This document shows, piece after piece, positions 1 through 9,428 of a stretch of DNA of 64,000 nt. Position numbers and translations under genes: made by a program. Numbering within the stretch: position 1 is the stretch's first letter; each line of letters opens with the position of its first letter. The notes beneath the pieces are model-generated. The model made no database searches. It saw only the letters and a list, made by a program, of their open reading frames with translations, and had not been told where the DNA came from. The stretch is from Candidatus Lustribacter sp. Its GTDB lineage: Bacteria; Vulcanimicrobiota; Vulcanimicrobiia; Vulcanimicrobiales; Vulcanimicrobiaceae. The stretch is from the NCBI GenBank assembly GCA_965277805.1, contig OZ255842.1, forward strand, positions 2,816,001-2,880,000, read 5' to 3'.

Positions 1-118
1 GCGGATCGCCCAGCGCGGCGACGAACGCACGAATGCGGTCGAGACGGTTCGGCGAACGGCGGGAGGCGTGCTCGTTGATGAGACCGAGTAGATAGGATTG
101 CGCGCTGGCGAAATTCAC
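1..118 (-). CDS. folC: Folylpolyglutamate synthase/dihydrofolate synthase, N-terminal fragment (runs off window)
   Basis: Hand translation from GTG at 118: MNFASAQSYLLGLINEHASRRSPNRLDRIRAFVAALGDP, resembling FolC N-termini (L.R.R.....LG.P). Confidence 0.7.
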   Translation of the reverse strand, partial: MNFASAQSYLLGLINEHASRRSPNRLDRIRAFVAALGDP

Positions 119-159
119 GGCTACGTCATTTCTACGTGATTCACGTCGCCGCTCCCGTT

Positions 160-657
160 TTAACCGTCTTTGACTGTGCCGCCCAGCAGGTCGAGTGCGT
201 GGGGCAGGACCGGGAGAATCACCGCGAGGGTCTCGCGGACGGCCTTCGGGCTGCCGGGCAGGTTCACGATCAGCGTCCGGTCGCGTACGCCGGCCACGGC
301 GCGCGAAAGCATTGCCGTCTTGACGATCGCGAGCGAGGCAGCGCGCATCGCCTCCGCGATTCCCGGCACCTCGTAATCGAGCACGGCGCTCGTCGCCTGC
401 GGCGTGCGGTCGCGGGGACCAAGTCCGGTGCCGCCGCTGGTAAGGATCAGACCCACGCCGCGGTCGCACAATTCGATCAGCGCCGCTTGCAGCGCGGCCG
501 CATCGTCGGCGATCACCCGCTCGTCGGCGATCGTAAACGCCTCACCGAGGCCGTCGCGAATGACCGGGATACATGCATCGGGGCGCTCGCCGCTCGCCGC
601 GCGATCGGAGAGCACGATGACCGCCGCGGTGTACGGCTTACCCGGCGTGGAAGTCAC
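160..657 (-). CDS. mog: Molybdopterin adenylyltransferase (MogA/MoaB family)
   Basis: [24 protein letters not shown] and [11 protein letters not shown] motifs. Confidence 0.9.
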   Translation of the reverse strand: MTSTPGKPYTAAVIVLSDRAASGERPDACIPVIRDGLGEAFTIADERVIADDAAALQAALIELCDRGVGLILTSGGTGLGPRDRTPQATSAVLDYEVPGIAEAMRAASLAIVKTAMLSRAVAGVRDRTLIVNLPGSPKAVRETLAVILPVLPHALDLLGGTVKDG

Positions 658-1120
658 CGCTCTTGCCTCCGGTCTTCTCCAGCAGGTGCGTTTGCTCGAT
701 CACGATGCCCTTATCGACCGACTTGCACATATCGTAGATCGTCAATGCCGCGACGCTCGCCGCAACCATCGCTTCCATCTCGACGCCGGTTTTCGCGCTG
801 GTAATCGCCCGCGTCTCGATGCGCAGCACCGTATCCGAATCCCACGAGAAGCGCACTTCGACCGCATCCAACGGCAACGGGTGACACAGCGGGATCAGTT
901 CGCCGGTTCGTTTCGCCGCGAAGATGCCCGCAATCTGGGCGGCCACGAACGCATCACCCTTCGGCAGCGTCGCGGAACGCAGCGCTTCGGCTGCGGCCGG
1001 CGGCAGGCGCACGAGCGCAGCGGCGCGAGCGGTGCGGCGCGTAACGTCCTTCGCGCCCACGTCAACCATCGTGACGGAGCCGTCGGCCGCGATGTGCGAG
1101 GACCGCTCGCCGGAGCTCAA
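638..1120 (-). CDS. moaC: Cyclic pyranopterin monophosphate synthase MoaC
   Basis: [33 protein letters not shown] motifs; TTG start overlaps the upstream stop. Confidence 0.93.
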   Translation of the reverse strand: MSSGERSSHIAADGSVTMVDVGAKDVTRRTARAAALVRLPPAAAEALRSATLPKGDAFVAAQIAGIFAAKRTGELIPLCHPLPLDAVEVRFSWDSDTVLRIETRAITSAKTGVEMEAMVAASVAALTIYDMCKSVDKGIVIEQTHLLEKTGGKSGDFHAG

Positions 1121-1323
1121 CGCGCGGGCGCTGCCGATTGAAAGCGCAGCCAGATCAACGCGAGCACCGCCAGCACGAGATAGAGGAACGGATGCTTCGC
1201 GTGCGCCTTGTCGCTCGAGAAACCGAGCGCGCGCGTCATCTCGTTGGGCTCCAGCGGATGCATGATCGAGAGCACGGCGCACAGCGCGAAGATCACGGCG
1301 AGCGCGATGGCGAGAGACTTCAT
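1117..1323 (-). CDS. Small two-helix membrane protein, hypothetical
   Basis: 68 aa, two hydrophobic segments, 4-nt overlaps with both neighbours. Confidence 0.7.
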   Translation of the reverse strand: MKSLAIALAVIFALCAVLSIMHPLEPNEMTRALGFSSDKAHAKHPFLYLVLAVLALIWLRFQSAAPAR

Positions 1324-2168
1324 AAAACTACTTTCGTACTAAAGAGGATCAGCGCCGCGGCTCCGGCGAGCAAGCAGTACCAGCCGAACGGGCGCAAGTC
1401 GTTGTGTTGGAAATACCGGGTCAGAAATACTACCGACGCGTACGCGGTGATCCCCGCCACCACGCAGCCGGCTATTGCTTCGACAGGGCCAATGGTGACG
1501 CCCGGTTTGAACAGCGTCGGGATCTCGAGCACCGAGGCCAGCAGAATCACCGGGGTCGCGAGCAGAAACGAATAGTTTGCCGCGTCTTCGTGATCGAGAT
1601 CGATCAGCAGACCGGCCACGATCGATGCCCCCGAACGCGAGATCCCGGGCAGCAGCGCCAGGCTCTGCGCGAAGCCGACGCCCACGCCCTCGAGCCACGT
1701 AACGCGCTCGATCGGTTTCGTGCTGCGCCCGCTCTGGCGGCGCCGCAACGCTTCGCCGCCGAACATCACGAGCGCGTTGATCATGAGAAAGATCGCCACC
1801 GGTATCGGCGAGGCGAACAATCCGCGCACGCTGTCTTGAAAGAGCACTCCGAGCAGTCCCACCGGAATCGTGCCGGCAACCAAGAGCCAGCCGAGGCGCT
1901 CGTCGCGCGAGCCGTCGAGCCGGCCGCGCACGATGCTCCCAATGACGGCGCGCACGATGCGTACCCACTCTTTGCGGTAGAACGTCAAGAGCGCGAGCGC
2001 CGTACCGAGGTGCAAGACCACGACGAACGCCAGAAACGACTCGTCGCGCTCGTCGACGTTCCAATGCAGCAACGGCGGGATCAGCACGGTATGTCCGAGG
2101 CTCGAGATCGGAAAGAGTTCGCTGACGCCCTGCAAGACCGCCAGGAACATCGCTTCCGCGAAGGTCAT
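1320..2168 (-). CDS. uppP: Undecaprenyl-diphosphate phosphatase
   Basis: [14 protein letters not shown] and LLPGISRSG motifs. Confidence 0.93.
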   Translation of the reverse strand: MTFAEAMFLAVLQGVSELFPISSLGHTVLIPPLLHWNVDERDESFLAFVVVLHLGTALALLTFYRKEWVRIVRAVIGSIVRGRLDGSRDERLGWLLVAGTIPVGLLGVLFQDSVRGLFASPIPVAIFLMINALVMFGGEALRRRQSGRSTKPIERVTWLEGVGVGFAQSLALLPGISRSGASIVAGLLIDLDHEDAANYSFLLATPVILLASVLEIPTLFKPGVTIGPVEAIAGCVVAGITAYASVVFLTRYFQHNDLRPFGWYCLLAGAAALILFSTKVVL

Positions 2169-2178
2169 GACGCTGCGA

Positions 2179-2937
2179 CTATTGCGACTGGAATTCTACG
2201 ATGAAGCGGTACGAATCCGCGACCGGTTTGCAATTCACGACCCGGGTTTGAAACTTGCTGGCCTTGGCGGCATTGATCGCGGCGTTGTTCAGCAAGGCGC
2301 TGGGCGATTTCTGTACCGTCGCGGAGACGAGTTTGCTGTTCTCATCGAGCGACACGACGACGGTCACCTCGCCGCTAATGCCCTGTTGTTGCGCGATCGG
2401 CGGCGTTTCGGCTTGCACGGCATTGGTCGTCTTCGCATCGGAGTTCGGCACCGCACAGCTCGGCGTGGGCGGCGGCGTCGGCGGCACCGGCGTCGGGGCG
2501 AGCGTCGGCGGTGCGGTCGCAGCCGACGTTGCGGGACCGGTCGGCGAGCCGTTCGGAACGCCGGTGGTCGAGCCTTGGGTGTGCGTGTTCGCCTCTTCGG
2601 ACGGACCGCCGGCATGGGCGTTCGTCTTGAGCGTGTTGATCTTGATTTCTTTGGGCTTCGGCGGCTCCGGCGTTTGATGCGGCGGAGGCGTGGGCGGCGG
2701 CGTCGGCGGCGGAGTGGGCGGCGGCGTCGGCGTGGGCTTCGGCGTCGGCGGCGGCGTCGGCATCTTGTCGACCTTGATGGTCTCGACTTTTTCCGCGGTT
2801 TCCGGCGTGCGGTTGAACTTGATCAGCGGCCCGACGAGCAAATGCAGCAGAATCGAGAGCGCAAAACCGTAGAGCAGAAAATTCTGCGTCCGTTCTCGCA
2901 CGGTCGGCGGCGTTTTCGTCGGGGGCTTAGCACTCAT
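2179..2937 (-). CDS. tonB: TonB-family energy transducer
   Basis: N-terminal TM with S...H (LSILLHL), Pro/Thr-rich spacer, C-terminal TonB_C-like domain (QQGISGEVTVVVSLDENSK). Confidence 0.8.
   Translation of the reverse strand: MSAKPPTKTPPTVRERTQNFLLYGFALSILLHLLVGPLIKFNRTPETAEKVETIKVDKMPTPPPTPKPTPTPPPTPPPTPPPTPPPHQTPEPPKPKEIKINTLKTNAHAGGPSEEANTHTQGSTTGVPNGSPTGPATSAATAPPTLAPTPVPPTPPPTPSCAVPNSDAKTTNAVQAETPPIAQQQGISGEVTVVVSLDENSKLVSATVQKSPSALLNNAAINAAKASKFQTRVVNCKPVADSYRFIVEFQSQ
2681..2760 (-). repeat. Coding tandem repeat (TPPP)n in the TonB spacer
   Basis: Imperfect 12-nt ggcggcgtcggc units encoding PTPPPTPKPTPTPPPTPPPTPPPTPPP. Confidence 0.85.
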
Positions 2938-2938
2938 G

Positions 2939-3364
2939 CTATTGAGACTGGCCTTCCGGTTGGCCTTCGATGTGATTGGCCAGACCGAAGCCGGTAAGGC
3001 CCTCGTTTTTGGCGGAATCCATCACGCGCAAGATCGTGCCGAAGTCGGCGTGCGGATCGGCCTTGATGATCACGGTCTTCAGCCGTCCGCCGGTCTGCTG
3101 CACGAGGTCGTGAAAGACGCGGCCGGCATCGGTTTGATCGACGACCTGCGAGCCGACCTGGACCTTGTTGTCCTTGCTGACGAGCACGACGATTTCCGAC
3201 GGTTGAACTTTCAACACGTTCTTGGCATCGGGCAGCTTCGGTTCTTTGGTGACCGACGCCAGAATGATGAAGATGATCAAGAGCACCAGCAGCACGTCCG
3301 TAAAGGGCGTGATGTTGATGGTCGACATCACCTCATCTTCAGCCGGCCCGGTATTGACGGCCAT
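2939..3364 (-). CDS. exbD: ExbD/TolR family biopolymer transport protein
   Basis: INITPFTDVLLVLLIIF with the essential TM Asp; IIKAD motif. Confidence 0.9.
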   Translation of the reverse strand: MAVNTGPAEDEVMSTINITPFTDVLLVLLIIFIILASVTKEPKLPDAKNVLKVQPSEIVVLVSKDNKVQVGSQVVDQTDAGRVFHDLVQQTGGRLKTVIIKADPHADFGTILRVMDSAKNEGLTGFGLANHIEGQPEGQSQ

Positions 3365-3777
3365 TACGAGGTCACGAACCCGACGTCGTCGAGGCCGTTG
3401 AGGCGCGCGGCGTCTAATACGGTGATGACGGCCTGATATGGCGCCTTGACGTCGGCGGTCAGCGAAACGTGTTTGTTCCCGCGGTGGCGCTTGACCTCGG
3501 CCATGTCGGCGTAGATGTGATCGGTGTCGGTCTTCTTGTTATCGATGTAGATCACGCCTTTTTCGCTGACCAGGATTTGGATGTTGTCGTTCTTCTTCAG
3601 TTGCGTGATCGGCGAATTATCGGATTTGTCCGGCAGATTCTTTTGGAAGCCGGGCGGCGTTACGAGAGCTGCGAGGATCATGAAGATGATGAGCAAGACC
3701 AGCAGCACGTCGGTAAACGGCGTAATGTTGATCTCCGCCATCACTTCGTCGTCGCCGGCCGAAGAGAGCATCGACAT
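3364..3777 (-). CDS. exbD: ExbD/TolR family biopolymer transport protein (second copy)
   Basis: Same INITPFTDVLLVLLIIF motif; LTAD..APY..VI.VLD. Confidence 0.9.
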   Translation of the reverse strand: MSMLSSAGDDEVMAEINITPFTDVLLVLLIIFMILAALVTPPGFQKNLPDKSDNSPITQLKKNDNIQILVSEKGVIYIDNKKTDTDHIYADMAEVKRHRGNKHVSLTADVKAPYQAVITVLDAARLNGLDDVGFVTS

Positions 3778-3809
3778 CGGGGGTTATCCCTTGGAGCGGT
3801 TGCGGGCGA

Positions 3810-4484
3810 TCAGCGCGCGGGAGTCGGGGAGGGCTGATACAGCTCGGTCGGAATCGGCGCACCCGTGTTGTGGAAGTGCAGCATCTCGGCGAGCTGGTTG
3901 GCCGCAACGATCATCTCTTGGTTATACGACTTGATACGCGACTTGAAGTAGTTGAAGAAAATAACCGAGACGACGGCCACGAACAAACCGGCGGCCGTCG
4001 TGATCAACGCTTCCGATACGCCGGCGGCCACGACGGCGGGCGTCGAGTTGCCCTTCAGCGCGATGTCTTGGAAGGCGCGGATGATACCGAGCACCGTTCC
4101 GAACAAACCGACGAACGGCGAGATGACGGCGATCGTTCCGATGATGCCCAGATTTCGCTCGAGCGCGTTGAGATGTTCCATAAGCGCGATCGACAGAGCG
4201 TCGGTGATGTCGGCGCGGTTTTTCTCACCGCGCTTGAGACCGAACTCGAGGATTTTCGGCAGCATGCCCTTATTTTGCTGACACACTTTGATCGCGCCGG
4301 CTAAGTCGTTCGCGGCGATCTTTTGTCCCAGCGCGCGCAGCAGGCCCTTGGAATCAGAGTGCTGGCTCGAAAAGAACAGCAACCGCTCGATGACGATCGC
4401 GATAGCCACGACGGACAGCACGAGCAAGATCCACATGGCCGGGCCGCCGCTAATGATTGTTTGTAAAAATCCACCGATATCCAC
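3810..4484 (-). CDS. exbB: ExbB/TolQ/MotA proton channel protein
   Basis: SPFVGLFGTVLGII and GVSEALITTAAGL motifs. Confidence 0.92.
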   Translation of the reverse strand: MDIGGFLQTIISGGPAMWILLVLSVVAIAIVIERLLFFSSQHSDSKGLLRALGQKIAANDLAGAIKVCQQNKGMLPKILEFGLKRGEKNRADITDALSIALMEHLNALERNLGIIGTIAVISPFVGLFGTVLGIIRAFQDIALKGNSTPAVVAAGVSEALITTAAGLFVAVVSVIFFNYFKSRIKSYNQEMIVAANQLAEMLHFHNTGAPIPTELYQPSPTPAR

Positions 4485-4626
4485 GGTTGCTCCCAGGGCC
4501 TCCTACGTTTGGCGTCTGCGAATGCGGCAACAGGAAAACTCTCAGGGCAAGGTCCCGGCCGGCGAGGACGTGTGAGTTATCCCATAGGGTGCCGATTCCT
4601 CGTCACCCTAGGAGCGCCCGGCCGTT

Positions 4627-5955
4627 CTACATTGGCGCTTTGCCCGTACCGTTTAGCTTGGTTAACGCGTCGTTTATCTGTTTGGCCAAAGACGGGTCGG
4701 AGCCGTATGCAGGCGACGCCTTGGCCTTGTTCATGTAGTCGAGTGCCGTCTTCGGATCGTTTTTTTGCGATGCGACAACCCCGAGGACGAAATCGGCCTT
4801 GCCTGCATTCGGGTCGAGGTCGAGCGCTTTTTGGGCCTCGGCTTTGACTTTATCCCAATCGGGCTTCTTATCGATGGCCATGATGTACGCGGCCTCGGCT
4901 GTCAGGGCGGCCGCGTCGTTCGGAAATGCCGCCGCACCCGATTCCAAACGGCTGATCGCATTGGGGTTTTGGCCGGCATTTGCAAGAGTGATCGCCGCGT
5001 TCATCGCGGCCGTGTATGCGTACTTGTCGAGTTGGGCCGAGCGGCTGGTATCGTTACGGTAGAGATCTTTTGCCGTCTGCGCGGCTTCGCCGAACTGTCC
5101 GGCGTCGATCTGCGCGACCGCCAGCGTGAACGCCAGTGTCGACATCGTTTGCGCGTCGCTCTTGGCGGTAACCGCGATAGATATTGCTTTTTGCAAGTCG
5201 GCGATGGCGGCGGTATAATTTTCCGCGCCCATCTGGGCCTGGCCGCGCGTGTAGTATGCCTGCAGGCTTTGCGGGCTCAGCGCGATCGCGTGGTTGGCCG
5301 CATCGATCGCGTCGGAATACTTCTTGTTTTCGAGCGCGGCGTTGGCATATTTTTGGTACGACTGCAGGGCGAGCGTCTGGTACTGCTCCGGAACCGTGCC
5401 GGCCTTCGCGAAGGCAGCCGACGCTGCGGCCGGATCGCCGCCGAATGCATTCGCCACGCCCAGCAGCGTATAGGCTTGCGTGTCGTTGGGGTTCGTTTGC
5501 AGGTAGGTTGCCAAATCGGTTTTCGCTTGATCGTACTTGCCGGCCCGGATTTCCGCGAGGATCGACGCCAGCGGTCCCGATCCGATCGCGGCCGTATCGC
5601 CCGCAAACGAAACCTTGAAATCGTAGTATTCATCGACCGGCGCGCCGCCGTTCGTTGCCGGACGGTACTTCGAGGTCTGCGCGATTTCGAGCGCCGCAGT
5701 ATTGTCGCCGGGGTTCGAAGACTTTATGACTTTATTAACTTTGAACGTGCCGTCTTTTTTGACGAAGACCTGGATCATCACGTCGCCGGCGCCGGCCGGA
5801 GCGGTGGTGTTCGTTCCGCGCTTCAGCAGTTTCGGCGCGATGTGCGCCGGTTGGGTTTGTGCGCCGGCGACGAGCGGCGCGCCGAACGCGGCGATGCAGA
5901 CACAAGCGATCAGGCGAAACGGCTGGTTCAACTTCTTACCCCTTAGGTACGGCAT
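4627..5955 (-). CDS. Exported protein with N-terminal TonB_C-like domain and TPR repeats
   Basis: Signal peptide; GDVMIQVFVKKDG..KVIKSS..AALEIAQTSKYRPA..GAPV (TonB_C-like); several TPR helix pairs. Confidence 0.75.
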   Translation of the reverse strand: MPYLRGKKLNQPFRLIACVCIAAFGAPLVAGAQTQPAHIAPKLLKRGTNTTAPAGAGDVMIQVFVKKDGTFKVNKVIKSSNPGDNTAALEIAQTSKYRPATNGGAPVDEYYDFKVSFAGDTAAIGSGPLASILAEIRAGKYDQAKTDLATYLQTNPNDTQAYTLLGVANAFGGDPAAASAAFAKAGTVPEQYQTLALQSYQKYANAALENKKYSDAIDAANHAIALSPQSLQAYYTRGQAQMGAENYTAAIADLQKAISIAVTAKSDAQTMSTLAFTLAVAQIDAGQFGEAAQTAKDLYRNDTSRSAQLDKYAYTAAMNAAITLANAGQNPNAISRLESGAAAFPNDAAALTAEAAYIMAIDKKPDWDKVKAEAQKALDLDPNAGKADFVLGVVASQKNDPKTALDYMNKAKASPAYGSDPSLAKQINDALTKLNGTGKAPM

Positions 5956-6814
5956 ACGGTAGAGAACGGGCGGCGCCGGTGGAACGTTCCAGTGCGTCGA
6001 CCGCCCGGTGAGCTCCCTCGAATGCTGCGAGCAATGAGTCGATATTTCCGGCTTGCAGACCGGCCGCCGTCGCTTGCAGCGCCGACGCTACGTCTTCCAG
6101 CGCACTGGCGAGGGCGCTCGCATTGGCCTGCGCGATTCCCGCCCACAGTGCTGCGTCCGAATGCGCGAGCCGCAGCATCGATTGCATACCCGGACCGCAC
6201 AGATCGTACACCCGCCCGTCGGCATCGCCGGTCGCGGCGAGAACGGCGCCGAGCGCGACCGACAGCATTTGCGGGAGATGCGAGCTGACCGCAACGAGCC
6301 GATCGTGGTCGGCCGCGGTCACGATAAGCGGCCGGGCGCCCAGTGCCGTCACGAGCGCTTCGAGCCGCGTCTGCACGGCCGGGTCGAGTGCCGGAACGAT
6401 CGCCCACGTGCGGCCCTCGAAGAGCGTTGCGTCGGCCGCGCCGAAGCCGCCGACTTCGCGCCCGGCCAGCGGATGCGAGGCAACGAACCGCGGCAAACCG
6501 ACGGCCGCCGCCACGACCGGCAGCTTGACCGATGCGACATCGAACACCATCTCCGCGCGCGCGAGCGCCGCGGCGTTTGCCAAAACGTCGATCGTTGCAT
6601 CGACCGGCAACGCGATCGCGACGACCGCGCAGCGTTCCGCAAGTTCGTCCATCCCGCGCGCGGTTGCGTCGAGCGCGCCGGCAGCGGTTGCGGCGCGCAG
6701 CGCTTCCGGATCGTTATCGTAACCGATCACCGTTGCGCCCGCGGCATGCGCCCGCAACGCGAGCGAACCGCCGATCAGCCCGATACCGGCTATGCCGAGG
6801 ACGGTACCTTTCAC
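5936..6814 (-). CDS. tyrA: Prephenate dehydrogenase
   Basis: GIGLIGGS, DVASVK, HPLAGRE, HD..VA.SSHLP motifs; GTG start overlaps the aroH stop. Confidence 0.9.
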   Translation of the reverse strand: MKGTVLGIAGIGLIGGSLALRAHAAGATVIGYDNDPEALRAATAAGALDATARGMDELAERCAVVAIALPVDATIDVLANAAALARAEMVFDVASVKLPVVAAAVGLPRFVASHPLAGREVGGFGAADATLFEGRTWAIVPALDPAVQTRLEALVTALGARPLIVTAADHDRLVAVSSHLPQMLSVALGAVLAATGDADGRVYDLCGPGMQSMLRLAHSDAALWAGIAQANASALASALEDVASALQATAAGLQAGNIDSLLAAFEGAHRAVDALERSTGAARSLPYAVPKG

Positions 6815-7179
6815 GAGCGCTCGAGGTCCGGGCGCAACACGCGCGCGCCGTCGAGATAGACATGGACGATTTCGTCTTGCCGCTTCTCGGTGTTGATGTG
6901 CAGCAGCACGCGAATCACGCGCGGCAACCCGCCCGGCACCGCGATCTCGGTGAAGTTCAACAGCGGCACGCGCGTCCAGCCCATGCGCCGCGCGGCTGCC
7001 GCCGGGAATTGCGAGACGAGATCGGGCGTGAGCGTGAAGAGCGCTGAGGCCACGTCGTCGGAATCGATCCCGTTCTCGGTCACGATTTCGCGCAGCAGCC
7101 GTTCGGTCGCGCTCAGCAGCAACTCCGCATCGTCGCGTTCGACGGTGATTGCACCGCGCACGCCGCGCACCGCGCTCAT
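6811..7179 (-). CDS. aroH: Chorismate mutase, AroH type
   Basis: VRGVRGAITV, FT.TPDL..FPA..AR, HVYL.GA..LRPDL. Confidence 0.93.
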   Translation of the reverse strand: MSAVRGVRGAITVERDDAELLLSATERLLREIVTENGIDSDDVASALFTLTPDLVSQFPAAAARRMGWTRVPLLNFTEIAVPGGLPRVIRVLLHINTEKRQDEIVHVYLDGARVLRPDLERS

Positions 7180-7922
7180 GATTCTGCTCCCTCTTCGGCC
7201 TTCGCGACGTCGGCAATCACGCGCAGGGCGGAGACCTCACGTTTCGTCGCTTCACGGATCTCGCCCGGTGCGAGCGTGCCGAGGCCGATCGGGCCGAAAT
7301 GTAAACGCGTCAAACCGATCACGGGATGACCGAGTTCCTCGAACATGCGCCGCACTTGCCGGTTGCGCCCTTCGTGGATCGTGACGTCGACGCTCGACGC
7401 GTCGCGACGCGCGGCGACGACGCGCAAGCGCGCCGGTTGCGCCGGCCCGTCATCGAGCTTCATGCCGCGCTGCATCTCCGCAACTTGTTCCGTGCTCAAG
7501 CGCCCGCGCAATGTCGCGCGATAGGTTTTCTCGACGCCGAAGCGCGGGTGCGTGAGGACGTGCGCGAGCGTGCCGTCGTCGGTGAGCAGCAGCACGCCGG
7601 CGGTGTCGTAATCGAGCCGGCCGACGGGAACGACGCGCCGCTCCCAGCCGTTGCGCTTCAACACGTCGGCGATCGTACGCCGGCCTTCGGGATCGCGCAT
7701 CGTGGTGACGACGCCGAGTGGTTTGTTCATGACGATGTACGCCGGTTCGAGCGCGGGCGCGACGATCCGCCCGCCGAACTCGACGACGTCTTTGTCTTCG
7801 ACCGAGGTGCCGAGCTCCCGGACCACGCGTCCGTTCACCCGCACCAGACCCGCGACGATCAACTCTTCCGAGCGCCGCCGCGACGCGACCCCGCTCGCCG
7901 CGAGGTAACGCTGAAGTCTCAT
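7176..7922 (-). CDS. rluB: rRNA pseudouridine synthase (RluB/RsuA family, S4 domain)
   Basis: MRLQRYLA.SGVASRR, VGRLDYDT, IHEGRNRQVRRMF. Confidence 0.9.
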   Translation of the reverse strand: MRLQRYLAASGVASRRRSEELIVAGLVRVNGRVVRELGTSVEDKDVVEFGGRIVAPALEPAYIVMNKPLGVVTTMRDPEGRRTIADVLKRNGWERRVVPVGRLDYDTAGVLLLTDDGTLAHVLTHPRFGVEKTYRATLRGRLSTEQVAEMQRGMKLDDGPAQPARLRVVAARRDASSVDVTIHEGRNRQVRRMFEELGHPVIGLTRLHFGPIGLGTLAPGEIREATKREVSALRVIADVAKAEEGAES

Positions 7923-7924
7923 GG

Positions 7925-9262
7925 CTAGCCGGCGATGAGCGCGGCGACGTCCAGCGACGAGCGCGTCGCAAACGACGTTCGCTTCTCGCGTACTCCGTTG
8001 AGCTCGGATTCGGTCAGCAGCAATTCGTCGTCGCGCGTTCCGGAGAGACGCAGATCGATCGGCGGTTCGACGCGCGCACCGGCAAGTTCGCGCGAGAGCG
8101 CGATCTCGCAGTTCGCGATCGCCGTCGCTTCTTCGGCGATGACGGCGTCGAACGTCGACGGACCATCGACCGCGACCGTCGCAACGATCGTGAGCGAACC
8201 GCCCTCTTCGCACGCGCGCGCCGAACCGAAGAACCGCTTCGGCTTCGCCGCGACGGTGAAGTCGTTGATCGGGCGGCCTTGGGCCGGTCCCGTGCCGAAC
8301 GCGCGCGCCAGACGCGTGAGCGAATCGAGCAAGATCACGACGTCGGAGCCGAGTTCGACCAGCCGCTTCGCGCGTTCCATGACGAGTTCGGCAGTCGCGA
8401 CGTGATGGTCGGGATGTTCGTCGAAGGTGGTCGCGACGATCTCGCAGTCGATGCGCCGCTGCAGCGTCGCCGCATCTTCGGGCCGTCCGTCGATCGAGAG
8501 CACGATCAAGTGCGCGTCCGGCGCGTTGGCCAGAATTCCGAGCGCGAGCGTGACCAGCGTCGAGGTGGCGTCGACCCGCGGCGGCACGGTGACGAGCGCG
8601 CGCTGGCCTTTGCCGAGCGGCGCGTAGAGATCGAGTGCGCGCGTGGCCGGATCGCCCTTGACGGTGAGCTTCCAGCGCGACGCCGGCACCATCGCGTTGA
8701 GATCTTCAAACGAGCGGCGCGTGCGGATCGATTCGGGGTCGTAGCCGTTGACCGTCTCGACCTTGACGATGCCGTAGTACTTCTCGTTGTCTTTGGGGCG
8801 GCGGACTTGGCCCGCCACCAGGTCGCCGCGGCGCAATTCGAATCGCCGGATCTGCGACTGGCTGATGTATATGTCGTCGGCGCCGAGCAGGTAGCCCTCG
8901 CGCCGCAAGAACCCGTAGCCCTCGGGCAAGATGTCGAGTACGCCGTTCGCGTTCTCGACGCCGGAGCGCTGCGCTTGGCTCTCGAGGATCTCCGCGACCA
9001 GTTCGTCCTTCTTGATCTTGACCGGGGTCGCGATGTCGAACGTCTTGGCCAGCTCGTTGAGTTCGGCTTTGCTCATCTCGCCGAGCTGCTCGGCGGAGAG
9101 CTGCGGCGGCCCGACCGGCTGGGGGAATTCGGGTTGGGCGAAGACGTCGGCTTGCGACGGCGCGCCGTTTTCGTTGCGGTTGCGGTGGCGGCGCGAACGT
9201 CGGCGGCGCTGGCCACCACCTTCGGGGCGGCCATTTTGCGGGGGTCGATTATCGTATTGCAG
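7925..9262 (-). CDS. rho: Transcription termination factor Rho homolog with degenerate ATPase domain; probable CTG start
   Basis: Rho_N helix and RNA-binding domain (GVLDILPEGYGFLR..DDIYISQSQIRRF) well conserved; Walker A reads PPRVDAT; frame stays open to CTG at 9262 after a GAGAGAG purine tract. Confidence 0.85.
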   Translation of the reverse strand: MQYDNRPPQNGRPEGGGQRRRRSRRHRNRNENGAPSQADVFAQPEFPQPVGPPQLSAEQLGEMSKAELNELAKTFDIATPVKIKKDELVAEILESQAQRSGVENANGVLDILPEGYGFLRREGYLLGADDIYISQSQIRRFELRRGDLVAGQVRRPKDNEKYYGIVKVETVNGYDPESIRTRRSFEDLNAMVPASRWKLTVKGDPATRALDLYAPLGKGQRALVTVPPRVDATSTLVTLALGILANAPDAHLIVLSIDGRPEDAATLQRRIDCEIVATTFDEHPDHHVATAELVMERAKRLVELGSDVVILLDSLTRLARAFGTGPAQGRPINDFTVAAKPKRFFGSARACEEGGSLTIVATVAVDGPSTFDAVIAEEATAIANCEIALSRELAGARVEPPIDLRLSGTRDDELLLTESELNGVREKRTSFATRSSLDVAALIAG

Positions 9263-9398
9263 CGGAGTCGCTCTCTCGCGGAAGGGTGGGCCCGCATGCG
9301 TGGGGATCGACCGGTGAGGCTACCGGGATCCATCACGACGCGAAACGCCGTTAGGAACATGCCAACGTGGACGGGGTCTTACGCCCGGCAACGCAAGG

Positions 9399-9428
9399 AC
9401 TATAGCACACCGCAATTCACGGCGACAA
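9399..9428 (-). promoter_or_regulatory. Putative sigma70 promoter of the rho homolog
   Basis: TTGTCG-N18-TATAGT with extended -10 TG on the minus strand. Confidence 0.55.

Noticed and set aside
2461-2760. GC-rich tandem repeats as CRISPR or VNTR
   Set aside because: They encode the TonB Pro/Thr spacer; no spacer-repeat structure or cas genes.
4528-4556. AAACTCTCAGGGCAAGG resembling a glycine riboswitch 3' motif
   Set aside because: It is on the strand opposite exbB and lacks the upstream GGAGA and CCGAAG elements.
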